NCBI GenBank assembly: GCA_947626875.1
Contig: CANQTV010000001.1
Span: forward strand, 34,924-98,923
DNA length: 64,000 bases
Direction: 5' to 3'
From: an uncultured Clostridia bacterium
GTDB taxonomy: Bacteria > Bacillota > Clostridia > TANB77 > CAG-508
Part shown: positions 17,376 to 26,742 of the stretch, piece after piece
How positions within the stretch are numbered: the first letter of the stretch is position 1
Layout of the letters: each line of letters starts with the position of its first letter
The notes under the pieces: model-generated
Database searches by the model: none
Seen by the model: only the letters and a program-made list of their open reading frames with translations
Told to the model about the DNA's origin: nothing
Position numbers and translations under genes: made by a program

Positions 17376-17870
17376 TTAAAAATAGTTGCTGATTTCTTCT
17401 AAATCTTCGAATTTGTTTTGTCTACATATATCATATGCAACTATTGCCACAGAATTTGATAGGTTTAATGAACGCAATGTCTCGCGCATTGGAATTCTTA
17501 TTGTTTTTTCTATATATTTTTTTAGTAAGTCTTCTGGTAATCCTTTTGTTTCTCTCCCAAATAAAATAAAAATTTCGTTCATATTTTGATATTGTGGTTC
17601 TGTATATACATGTTTTCCTTTTGTTGTTACAAAAAACATATTGTTTTTTTCTGGTTTATATAATTCTAAAAATTTGTCTAAAGAAATGTGTTCTTCTATA
17701 TCTAATTTATCCCAATAATCTAATCCTGCTCTTTTTAGAGCTTTTTCTGATATGCTAAATCCTAATGGATGTACTAAATGTAATTTTGCTCCTATTGCTG
17801 CACAAGTTCTTGCTATATTTCCTGTGTTTTGTGGTATTTCTGGGTTTACTAGTACGACATTTAATTTCAT
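17376..17870 (-). CDS. trmL: tRNA (cytidine/uridine-34 2'-O)-methyltransferase TrmL (SpoU family)
   Basis: 164 aa starting MKLNVVLVNPEIPQNTGNIARTCAAIGAKLHLV. Confidence 0.85.
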   Translation of the reverse strand: MKLNVVLVNPEIPQNTGNIARTCAAIGAKLHLVHPLGFSISEKALKRAGLDYWDKLDIEEHISLDKFLELYKPEKNNMFFVTTKGKHVYTEPQYQNMNEIFILFGRETKGLPEDLLKKYIEKTIRIPMRETLRSLNLSNSVAIVAYDICRQNKFEDLEEISNYF

Positions 17871-17945
17871 TTTTATATCTTTCCTTTCTTTACAACGATT
17901 TGAGGGCGGAAATAATCCGCCCTCATTATTATATTTTTCTTTATC

Positions 17946-18623
17946 CTATCTTTTTGCTTTATTTAATCTTTTAAATGTAAATGCTGCTAATGCAGAGCCT
18001 ACTAATGGTGCTAAAATAAATACCCATACTTGTTTAAATTCTTCTCCACCTAGAAATAGTGCTGGTGCTAAACTTCTTGCTGGATTTACAGATGTTCCTG
18101 TTAGTGGAATTCCCATAATATGTACAAATGCTAATGTTAGACCAATTACAACTCCTGCAATTTGTGATTTACTTTCATCTGATGTTACTCCTAAGACTGT
18201 GTAAATAAATACAAATGTTAATACTATTTCTGTAATAATTGCTCCTACCATATTTACATTTACTGCTGATAGTTCATTAAATCCATTTGCTCCTAGTCCT
18301 GCAATTTCAATGCTCATTCCTGCTGATACCATAATTGCACGTAGAATTACAATTCCTATAATTGCTCCCAATACTTGTGAAATGACATAACCAACAAAAT
18401 CTTTTATTGTCATTTTTTTATTTATTAACATTGCAAAAGATACTGCTGGGTTGACATGACATCCTGATATGTTTCCAATAACATATGCCATTGCAACTAT
18501 TGATAATCCAAATGCTAATGCAATTCCTAATGTTCCTAATGTTTCACCTGCAATTGCAGCGCTTCCACATCCAAACAATACTAGTACTGCTGTTCCTATA
18601 CATTCACATACATATTTTTTCAT
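17946..18623 (-). CDS. aqpZ: Aquaporin (MIP family, AqpZ-like)
   Basis: Two NPA boxes (HVNPAVS, SVNPARS) and six TM segments. Confidence 0.9.
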   Translation of the reverse strand: MKKYVCECIGTAVLVLFGCGSAAIAGETLGTLGIALAFGLSIVAMAYVIGNISGCHVNPAVSFAMLINKKMTIKDFVGYVISQVLGAIIGIVILRAIMVSAGMSIEIAGLGANGFNELSAVNVNMVGAIITEIVLTFVFIYTVLGVTSDESKSQIAGVVIGLTLAFVHIMGIPLTGTSVNPARSLAPALFLGGEEFKQVWVFILAPLVGSALAAFTFKRLNKAKR

Positions 18624-18670
18624 GCATCTCCCTCCTTATGCATTCATTATATTTCAATATTTTTTTGTTG

Positions 18671-19468
18671 TCAATGTTTTATACTAATTTTTTGTCTTAT
18701 ATATTCATATGCAATTATTCCTGTTGCAACAGAAGCATTTAGGCTTTCCGTTTTTCCTAGCATTGGTATTTTTACTTTTTGGTCTGCTATTTCTTGTATC
18801 ATTTTTGATACACCATTTGCTTCATTTCCTATTACAATTATTTTTTTGTGGTAATTTATATCATATATACTTTTATCAGTTTGTAATGATGTTACTAATA
18901 TTTCGTATTTATGTTTTTTGACTTCTTTTAGTGTTTGCTTTAAATTTTCACATTCAATGATTTTTACTCTAAAAATTGCCCCCATTGTAGAGCGTACAAC
19001 TTTAGGATTAAATGCGTCTGCAGTTCCTTTTGATACTAGGATTTGTGTTAGGCCAATGCTGTCAACTGTTCTTAAAATGGTTCCTAAATTTCCTGGGTCT
19101 TGAATATCATCTAATGCAATTATAATGTCTTCATCATATTTTATATTTTGATTTGGATTTGTTTTTTCTAAAATTGCAATAATTCCTTGTGGTGCTACAA
19201 CACTTGTGATACTTTCAAACACTTTTTTTGTTACATAAATACATTCATATTTTGCAATTTCATACATTAGCTCTTTTGGTATTGCTTCGATTTTTTCGCA
19301 ATCATCACATATTACAATTTGTTTTATTTTTGCTTTTTCTTGTATTGCTTCTGTAATTAGTTTTATTCCTTCTATAATATACTCATTATTTTGGTCTCTG
19401 TATTTTTTATCTTTTAATTTTTTTATATGTTTAATGTATTCATTTTCTTTACTTGATATTGTTTGCAT
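18671..19468 (-). CDS. TrmH/SpoU-family RNA 2'-O-methyltransferase (RlmB-like)
   Basis: SpoU C-terminal motifs (IGNEANGVS, LNASVATGI). GAGG RBS before the ATG at 19466-19468. Confidence 0.8.
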   Translation of the reverse strand: MQTISSKENEYIKHIKKLKDKKYRDQNNEYIIEGIKLITEAIQEKAKIKQIVICDDCEKIEAIPKELMYEIAKYECIYVTKKVFESITSVVAPQGIIAILEKTNPNQNIKYDEDIIIALDDIQDPGNLGTILRTVDSIGLTQILVSKGTADAFNPKVVRSTMGAIFRVKIIECENLKQTLKEVKKHKYEILVTSLQTDKSIYDINYHKKIIVIGNEANGVSKMIQEIADQKVKIPMLGKTESLNASVATGIIAYEYIRQKISIKH

Positions 19469-19615
19469 ATTTTTTCCTCTTTCTTTGATTTTCTTTTTTA
19501 TTTTGTGCTTTTGCAATATATTTTATACTTTGGCTCATTATATTATTTTTTTATGAATTTTCAAGATTTAGTATAAATCCCCCATCTGACATTTATTAGA
19601 TGGGGGGTTTACATG

Positions 19616-19834
19616 TTATAGGATTATTATTTTCATAATGCTATACAATACGATGAAATATACAAATGCTCTTATTACTACTGCAATTTCTGTAAAACCG
19701 TTTCGATATATCACATCTATATCTTCATCATATTCATGTCGATATATCAGTTCTTCCAGTAGTGTCATTTTTTCATCTCTTGCAAACATTTCTGGTGTCA
19801 TTTTCCCTATTAAAAATTCCCATATTGTTCTCAT
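19616..19834 (-). CDS. Hypothetical small protein (72 aa) with C-terminal TM segment
   Basis: ORF followed by the hairpin CCCCCATCT/AGATGGGGG at 19580-19608. Confidence 0.35.
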   Translation of the reverse strand: MRTIWEFLIGKMTPEMFARDEKMTLLEELIYRHEYDEDIDVIYRNGFTEIAVVIRAFVYFIVLYSIMKIIIL

Positions 19835-19924
19835 AGTCTTCTCCTTTCCCTATAGGGGCTGTTATTTATTGGTTACTATTGGAAATTTTCCATGCAATTA
19901 TTATACCACTTTTATTCAATTTTT

Positions 19925-22900
19925 TCAAGTTTTTAGGTCTTTTAAAAAGTTTGTTACATCATTTAGTATTTGTCTTTCATTATTTGTTCCAATTTCTAGT
20001 GTAATCATTGGTTTTACTCCTGGTTGAAATTTTATTCGGTTTTTATATTTTTCTACTAGTTTAATCACATCAACTGTAAATTTGCTTTGTTCAAATGTAA
20101 ATACAACTGCTGTTTTCTTGCTAGCTATTTTTGTAATATAAAATGGTTTTGCTAGGTATTTAATTCTTGCTATATCTAATAGATTTTCTAATTCTGCTGG
20201 CATATTGCTGAATCTATCAATAATTTCATCTATTACATTTCCGATATCTTCTTCATTTTTGCATAGTGCTATATTTTGATATATTTCTATTTTTTGACTA
20301 CTATCTGAGATATATTCATCTGGAATATAGCTTGTTACATTTAAATCTATTTGTAAATCAATATCTGGTTCAATTTCAATTCCTTGCATTTCTTTTACAA
20401 CTTCATCTAGTAAATTGCAATATGTATCATATCCTACTTGTTCTAAATGTCCTGATTGGATTTCTCCTAGAAGGCTTCCCGCTCCTCTAATTTCTAAGTC
20501 TCTCATAGCAATTTTGAAACCTGAACCAAATTCTGTAAATTCTTTAATTGCTTTTAGTCTTTTATCTGCTACTTCTGCAAGCATTTTGTCTCTTTTGTAT
20601 GTGATATATGCATATGCCTGTCTATCACTTCTCCCTACTCTTCCACGAATTTGATATAATTGTGCTAATCCCATTCTATCTGCATTTTCTACAATAATTG
20701 TGTTTGCATTTGGTATATCTATTCCTGATTCTAAAATAGTAGTACATACTAGTACATTGGTTTTCTTTTCAATGAATTCTTGCATAATATCTTCAATTTC
20801 TTTTCCTGTCATACGTCCATGTGCATATGAGACATTTGCTTCTGGCACTAATCTTGCAATTGTGTCTGCTTTTTTTTGAATATTTTCTACATTATTGAAA
20901 ATGTAAAATACTTGACCTTCCCTTTCAATTTCTTTTGTAATTGCTTCTCTAATCACTTCTGGATCATATTCTAATACGTATGTCTGTACAGGTTTTCGGT
21001 TTTGTGGTGGATCATAAATTACTGACATATCTCTTATTCCTACAATAGACATATGCATGGTTCTTGGGATTGGAGTCGCTGTCATTGTTAATACATCAAT
21101 ATTTGCTTTATATTGTTTTATTTTTTCTTTTGCTTTTACTCCAAAACGATGCTCTTCGTCTATAATTAGTAAACCAATATCTTTAAATTCTACATCTTTG
21201 CTTAACATTCTATGTGTTCCAATTACAATGTCTACTTGGCCTAGTGCTAATTTTTTTAGTACTTCCTTTTGATATTTTGCTGTTTTAAATCTGTTTAATA
21301 TTTCTATTCTAATTGGAAAATCTTTCATTCTGCTTTTAAATTCTTCATATTGTTGTTGCGCTAATACTGTTGTTGGTACTAAATATGCTACTTGTTTTTG
21401 ATCCATTACTGCCTTAAAAGCTGCTCTAATTGCTACTTCTGTTTTTCCATAACCTACATCTCCACATAATAGTCTGTCCATTGGTTTTGGTGCTTCCATG
21501 TCTTTTTTTACTTCTTCTATGCAACGTAATTGATCATCTGTTTCTTGATATGGAAATTGCTCTTCAAATTGTGCTTGCCATGGTGTGTCTTTACTAAAGC
21601 TAAATCCTTTTGTTTTCTCTCTTTTTGCATATAATTCAATTAATTCTCTTGCTACTTCACGTAGGTTTTTCTTGACTCTTGCCTTTGTTTCTTGCCAAGC
21701 TTTACCTCCCAATCTATTTATTTTTGGATTTAGACTATCTCCTCCTATATATTTTCTAATAGCATCTAATTGATTTGTTGGTACATACAATATGTCATCA
21801 TTTTGATACTTTAATTTGATATAATCTTTTGTTGTTCCATCTGCTGTAATTGTATTAACTCCTATATATATTCCAATTCCATAATTTTTGTGTACAACAT
21901 AATCTCCTATTTTTAAATCAGCAAATACAATTTTTTCCCCTTCTTTATATGCTTGGTTTGTGAAACTTTTTCTTTTTTTACCACCTTCAATTAGTTCATC
22001 TGCACTGATTACCATTTGTCTAATTTCATCATTTATAAATCCTTCTGTTAGCTTTCCTATTGTTATCGTAATAACTTGTTTTGCTTTTGCAATAATTGTT
22101 TTGTCTAGTTTTTCTTCGATTTTACTGATGATATTTTGTTTTTCTAATATTTCTTGCATTTTTTTTGCTTTTTCTTTACTTGATACAACAATATATATGT
22201 TTGTATCTTTTTTTATTGCTTTTTCAATATCTTGGAAAAGTGTTTCTATTTCACTTTTGTAATATGTAATTTGCTTATATTGGAATATATATTTTTCTGC
22301 TTTTTGTTTTATTTGTGTATCTTGTTTTTCAATATATACAATGGTATTTTCAGTCTGTTCAATTTCTTTTTTTATTGTTTCATATGGTGTTATATTTGTT
22401 ATAGTTTGTGGAACTATCTTTTCTTTTTCTATTAGTGATTTTGTTACATTATCATTATCCATAATGATGTTTTTTGCTCTTTGCTCAATTTTTGTTGTTT
22501 CATCTAGTGCTATTATATATTGATTATTTAAATAATTTAATATAGTTTCTTGTTCTTCATAAAAGCAATCAAAATATTTGTCTATTTTGCTAATATAATT
22601 TCCAGCTTTTATTTGCTCAATGTCTTGTTCTATGATTTCTTCTTGCTTATCATTTGTGATGATTTTTCTTATGTTTTTACATATTTCTTCAATTGATTTT
22701 TCTAAAATATATTCATGTGCTGGTTCTATTTCTATTTTTTCTAATGTGTTTATTGACCTTTGACTTGATATATTGAAATTTCTAATGGAATCTACTTCAT
22801 CTCCCCAAAATTCTATCCTAATTCCTGTTGTTTCATTCATTGAAATATCTAAAATTCCACCTCTTACGCTGAATTGTCCTCTTCCTTCTATTAAATCACA

Positions 22901-23386
22901 TCTTGTATAACCAAGATTTACTAGTTTTTGTTTGATTGTCTCTAATGAATATGTTTCTCCTACTTTGCAGATTAAATTATCTTTGAATAATGTTTTTTTA
23001 CTAGGTACTTTCTGCATTACTGCTTCTATTGTTGTGACTAGTATTTGATTTTTCTTTCCTTTTACTTTATTTAATGTGTCAATTCTAGCGTATGGTAAGT
23101 CTTTGCTTTCTGCTACATAATCATATGTTACAATTTCCTTTTTAGGAAAATAGATTACTTTGTCTGTGAATAATTTCAAGTTTTCTATCATTTGTTTTGC
23201 TTGTACTTCATTGTATGTAATAATTGCGATTGGCTTTTTTGTATATTCGTGGATACTTGCTAATATTTCTAACATTCCCACGCTAGTTAAGCCCGATATT
23301 CCTATCGGACTTTTTTTGTTTTGTATTTGGTTGATGAGTTTAACAAATTTTTCTGATTTGCCTAATTCTCCTAGAATTGTGTTCAT
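19925..23386 (-). CDS. mfd: Transcription-repair coupling factor
   Basis: 1153 aa with helicase motifs LLCGDVGYGKTEVA and LLIIDEEHRFGV, plus a TRCF C-terminal domain. Confidence 0.95.
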   Translation of the reverse strand: MNTILGELGKSEKFVKLINQIQNKKSPIGISGLTSVGMLEILASIHEYTKKPIAIITYNEVQAKQMIENLKLFTDKVIYFPKKEIVTYDYVAESKDLPYARIDTLNKVKGKKNQILVTTIEAVMQKVPSKKTLFKDNLICKVGETYSLETIKQKLVNLGYTRCDLIEGRGQFSVRGGILDISMNETTGIRIEFWGDEVDSIRNFNISSQRSINTLEKIEIEPAHEYILEKSIEEICKNIRKIITNDKQEEIIEQDIEQIKAGNYISKIDKYFDCFYEEQETILNYLNNQYIIALDETTKIEQRAKNIIMDNDNVTKSLIEKEKIVPQTITNITPYETIKKEIEQTENTIVYIEKQDTQIKQKAEKYIFQYKQITYYKSEIETLFQDIEKAIKKDTNIYIVVSSKEKAKKMQEILEKQNIISKIEEKLDKTIIAKAKQVITITIGKLTEGFINDEIRQMVISADELIEGGKKRKSFTNQAYKEGEKIVFADLKIGDYVVHKNYGIGIYIGVNTITADGTTKDYIKLKYQNDDILYVPTNQLDAIRKYIGGDSLNPKINRLGGKAWQETKARVKKNLREVARELIELYAKREKTKGFSFSKDTPWQAQFEEQFPYQETDDQLRCIEEVKKDMEAPKPMDRLLCGDVGYGKTEVAIRAAFKAVMDQKQVAYLVPTTVLAQQQYEEFKSRMKDFPIRIEILNRFKTAKYQKEVLKKLALGQVDIVIGTHRMLSKDVEFKDIGLLIIDEEHRFGVKAKEKIKQYKANIDVLTMTATPIPRTMHMSIVGIRDMSVIYDPPQNRKPVQTYVLEYDPEVIREAITKEIEREGQVFYIFNNVENIQKKADTIARLVPEANVSYAHGRMTGKEIEDIMQEFIEKKTNVLVCTTILESGIDIPNANTIIVENADRMGLAQLYQIRGRVGRSDRQAYAYITYKRDKMLAEVADKRLKAIKEFTEFGSGFKIAMRDLEIRGAGSLLGEIQSGHLEQVGYDTYCNLLDEVVKEMQGIEIEPDIDLQIDLNVTSYIPDEYISDSSQKIEIYQNIALCKNEEDIGNVIDEIIDRFSNMPAELENLLDIARIKYLAKPFYITKIASKKTAVVFTFEQSKFTVDVIKLVEKYKNRIKFQPGVKPMITLEIGTNNERQILNDVTNFLKDLKT

Positions 23387-23414
23387 GTTTGTTCCTTTCT
23401 TTTATAAAAGTATA

Positions 23415-23537
23415 CTTGGAAAAGAATTAAATTTTGGCAAGGAAACTTTTATTTTAAAGGCAAGGGCGCATACTCTTTGTATGTAACCGCGTTTAAAATG
23501 AAAGTTGACGTAGCCAAAATTCTAATTCTTTTTCAAG
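23415..23537. repeat. MITE-like element with terminal inverted repeats, copy A
   Basis: Left arm CTTGGAAAAGAATTAAATTTTGGC and right arm GCCAAAATTCTAATTCTTTTTCAAG are imperfect reverse complements. The ends and the inner AGTTGACGTAG-CAAAATT block are shared with the copy at 33579-33706. The right arm overlaps the topB stop codon. Confidence 0.75.
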
Positions 23538-25452
23538 TTCTTAATTTGTCAAATTTTGAATGTATATACCTTTCCAATTTTTCCATAAATTCATTTGGCT
23601 CAATTTCTTTTTTTGCTACCATATCTAGTCCCTTTTCCCAGCTAGCTGTTAGCTTTGGATTTAACATATCTGGCATAGTATTTCCAACAATATTATATAT
23701 CAGCTCTCCTTTTTTAGTTGGTGTTATTATTTGCGTTTTTGCATTTACTTCTATATATTTTATTTTTTCTAATTTTTTCATAATTTCTGCTCTTGTAGCA
23801 CTTGTTCCAATACCTGCTCCTTTGATTTGTTCTCTTAATTCCTCATCTTCTATTAACTTTCCTGCATTTTCCATTGCTAATATTATTGATCCTGAGTTGT
23901 ACCTTGATGGTGGTGTTGTTTCTGCTTCTTTGATTTCTGCATTTTGCAAAATTATTTCTTGTCCTTTTTTTAGATTTGCTAATACTTCTAAATTTCCTTC
24001 TTTTTTGGTTTCTGTATTTTGTTCTTTATTTGTATTTGGTTTTAGAATTTCTAAAAAGCCTTGTTTTATGCACACTTTTCCACTTGTAAAAAATCTTTCT
24101 TTTGCTACATCTATTGTTACTTGTATTTTATTATATTCTGCTGGTGGATAAAAAATTGCTAGAAATCGTTTAACTATAACTTTATATATTTGTTTTTGCA
24201 AATCTGGTAGTTTTTCATAGTTTTCATATCCTTGCCCTGTTGGAATAATTGCATAGTGATCTGTGATTTTACTGTCATTTACATATTTTGTTTTTATTAG
24301 ATTTGTTGAATATTTTTCTTCTATCATTTTTTGGATGTATTTGTTTATTTCTTCATCATTAAATCCTTTTGCTATTCCATTTAGATTTTTTTTGATTTCT
24401 TTTGCAACTGCTGTTGATAGCACTCTTGCATCTGTTCTTGGATATGTTACTAATTTTTTTTCATATAAATTTTGTATAATTTCTAATGTTTCATCTGGTT
24501 TGATTTTAAAACGTTTGGTACATTCATTTTGTATTTCAGCTAAATTAAATAATAGTGGTGCATTCTCTTTTTGTTTTGATTTTTTTAACTCTGTTATTTT
24601 TGCTTTTTCTCCTTCTAAATCACTAATAAATTGTTTGGCATCACTTTCTTTTTTAAATCCTGTTTCATTATATAGTTTAGGTGACTCATATTCTTTTGAT
24701 TGTTCTGTTACTTTCCATTCTGCATCAAATGTTTCTTGTTCTTCTCCAAATTTTCCTATTATTTTGTAATATTTTGTTTTGACAAAGTTTCTAATTTCTC
24801 TTTCTCTTGATACAATCATTCCTAATACACATGTCATTACTCTTCCTACTGATATAGATGCTTTTTCTTCTTGAATGCTTTGGGCTAATCTCCTACCATA
24901 AATAATAGATAATAGTCTTGAAAAGTTTATTCCTATTAGATAATCTTCTTTTGCTCTTAAATATGCACTATCTGATAAGCTATTATATTCTGATAAATCT
25001 TTTGCCTCTTTTATACCCCTTAGGATTTCTTCTTCTGTTTGAGAATCTATCCATACTCGTTTCATTTTTATATTTGGATTTGGTTTTGCCATCATAAAGA
25101 CAAGTCTTTGGATATATTCTCCTTCTCTTCCAGAGTCCCCTGCATTGTATATTTCTTCAATGTCTTCTCTGTGCATAAGTTGTTCAATGATATTGAATTG
25201 ATTTTGTACATTGGGTATTATTTCATATTTCCATTCTTTTGGAATAAATGGTAATGTATCTAATCTCCAAAATTTTAGCTTTTCATCATATTTTTCTGGA
25301 TAGCTCATTGTTACTAAATGTCCTACACACCATGTTATAATCCAGTCATTTGATTCAATATATCCGTTTTTTCTATTTACATTAATTTTTAATGCTTTTG
25401 CAAATTCCATGGCTACTGATGGTTTTTCTGTTACTAGTAATTTTTTGCCCAT
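23533..25452 (-). CDS. topB: DNA topoisomerase III
   Basis: TOPRIM start MGKKLLVTEKPSVA and acidic motif AGDSGREGEYIQR, type IA core, no C-terminal zinc ribbons. AAAGGAGAAA RBS before the ATG at 25450-25452. Confidence 0.85.
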   Translation of the reverse strand: MGKKLLVTEKPSVAMEFAKALKINVNRKNGYIESNDWIITWCVGHLVTMSYPEKYDEKLKFWRLDTLPFIPKEWKYEIIPNVQNQFNIIEQLMHREDIEEIYNAGDSGREGEYIQRLVFMMAKPNPNIKMKRVWIDSQTEEEILRGIKEAKDLSEYNSLSDSAYLRAKEDYLIGINFSRLLSIIYGRRLAQSIQEEKASISVGRVMTCVLGMIVSREREIRNFVKTKYYKIIGKFGEEQETFDAEWKVTEQSKEYESPKLYNETGFKKESDAKQFISDLEGEKAKITELKKSKQKENAPLLFNLAEIQNECTKRFKIKPDETLEIIQNLYEKKLVTYPRTDARVLSTAVAKEIKKNLNGIAKGFNDEEINKYIQKMIEEKYSTNLIKTKYVNDSKITDHYAIIPTGQGYENYEKLPDLQKQIYKVIVKRFLAIFYPPAEYNKIQVTIDVAKERFFTSGKVCIKQGFLEILKPNTNKEQNTETKKEGNLEVLANLKKGQEIILQNAEIKEAETTPPSRYNSGSIILAMENAGKLIEDEELREQIKGAGIGTSATRAEIMKKLEKIKYIEVNAKTQIITPTKKGELIYNIVGNTMPDMLNPKLTASWEKGLDMVAKKEIEPNEFMEKLERYIHSKFDKLRT

Positions 25453-25561
25453 ATTTTTTATTTCTCCTTTATGGTTTATAATATTGTACCATATTTTTTT
25501 GGTTTTTGGAAGAGAATTTTTTTTATAAATTAAAAATATTTCCCTATTTTTCGCCAAATTG

Positions 25562-25589
25562 TTGACTTATTCGGTTAAGATGTTATAAT
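25562..25589 (+). promoter_or_regulatory. Putative sigma-A promoter of prs
   Basis: TTGACT, 16-nt spacer, extended -10 TGTTATAAT. A small hairpin TGTGAAAA/TTTTCACA follows in the leader. Confidence 0.5.
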
Positions 25590-25644
25590 ATTATTGTTGT
25601 GAAAAGTTAATTTCTTTTTCACACTCGATTTATGCGAGAAAGGA

Positions 25645-26616
25645 ATGAATTTTATTATGAAAAAAATTAAGGTTTTTGCTTGTCCATCAAGTGAAGAATT
25701 TACAAAAGAGGTATGTGATATTTTACAACTACCAGTAGGAAAAATGGAATGTTTCAAATTTAAGAATGATAATAATTTTGTTCAGCTTTTAGAAACTGTC
25801 CGTAATCATGATATTTATGTTGTTCAAACAACTTTACCACCTGTTAATGAAAGAATTATGGAATTATTGATTACAATTGATGCTTTGAAACGTGCTTCTG
25901 CAAAAAGAATTACTGTTGTTTTACCATACTTTATGTATTCACGTTCTGATAAAAAAGACCAACCTCGTGTACCAATTACAGCTAAATTGGTTGCTCAAAT
26001 TATTGAGGCTGCTGGTGCTGACAGAGTTTTAACATGTGATTTGCATAATCCTGCTATTCAAGGATATTTCAATGTTAATTGTGATCGTTTAACTGCACAA
26101 TATACATTGCAGTCTTATTTTAAGAGTAAAAATATTCCTGCTCAGGATATGGTTGTTGTTGCTACTGATGCTGGAAGTTCTAAAAAAGCTTATAAATATT
26201 CAGAATACTTTGGTTGCCCTATTGCTTTAATTGATAAACGTCGTCTTGGTAATGATGATAGAGCTGTGGCTAGTACTGTTATTGGAGATGTTACTGATAA
26301 ATATGCTCTTATTTTTGATGATGAAGTTGATACTGCTGGTTCATTGATTGAAACAGTTCAAATTTTAGAAAAATTTGGAGCGAAAGAAATTTATGCTGGT
26401 TGTACACATGGTGTATTATCAGGACCTGCAATAGAAAGAATTAAAAATTCTTCTATCAAAGAACTTGTTATTACAAATACAATTCCATTAACTGATGAAA
26501 AAAGACTTGATAAAATTACTGTTCTTTCTATGGCTCCTATTTTTGCGGAAGCAATTAGACGTTTGAATGAAGAGCTACCATTAGGTGAAATTTATTCTAT
26601 GTTAAATTTGAATTAA
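25645..26616 (+). CDS. prs: Ribose-phosphate diphosphokinase (PRPP synthetase)
   Basis: Motifs DLHNPAIQGYF and LIFDDEVDTAGS. The true start may be the ATG at 25657. Confidence 0.9.
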   Translation: MNFIMKKIKVFACPSSEEFTKEVCDILQLPVGKMECFKFKNDNNFVQLLETVRNHDIYVVQTTLPPVNERIMELLITIDALKRASAKRITVVLPYFMYSRSDKKDQPRVPITAKLVAQIIEAAGADRVLTCDLHNPAIQGYFNVNCDRLTAQYTLQSYFKSKNIPAQDMVVVATDAGSSKKAYKYSEYFGCPIALIDKRRLGNDDRAVASTVIGDVTDKYALIFDDEVDTAGSLIETVQILEKFGAKEIYAGCTHGVLSGPAIERIKNSSIKELVITNTIPLTDEKRLDKITVLSMAPIFAEAIRRLNEELPLGEIYSMLNLN

Positions 26617-26639
26617 TGTAAAATTTTATATATTATTAT

Positions 26640-26670
26640 CCCTATTTGTTTTAAATAGGGGCTTTTTTTT
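26640..26670 (+). terminator. Rho-independent terminator of prs
   Basis: Hairpin CCCTATTT/AAATAGGG followed by T8. Confidence 0.7.
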
Positions 26671-26681
26671 ATAATGCCATC

Positions 26682-26710
26682 TTGCTTTTTTCTCATTTCT
26701 GTTGTATAAT
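26682..26710 (+). promoter_or_regulatory. Putative sigma-A promoter of leuS
   Basis: TTGCTT, 17-nt spacer, TATAAT. Confidence 0.45.
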
Positions 26711-26742
26711 CGTAACAATTATATTATTGAGGGGGCTTGTAT

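Noticed and set aside
23477-24151. 224-aa plus-strand ORF, and similar long plus-strand ORFs at 7740-8243, 17752-18204, 24263-24769, 32764-33303 and 57343-57984.
   Set aside because: All lie antisense to well-supported minus-strand genes (topB, yqfD, aqpZ/trmL, pgeF, dinB). Their translations are low-complexity F/S/I/L-rich with no motifs or RBS. They are shadow ORFs typical of AT-rich genomes.
26617-26742. A T-box leader upstream of leuS.
   Set aside because: Only a prs terminator, a promoter and an RBS fit in these 126 nt. There is no T-box sequence or specifier structure.
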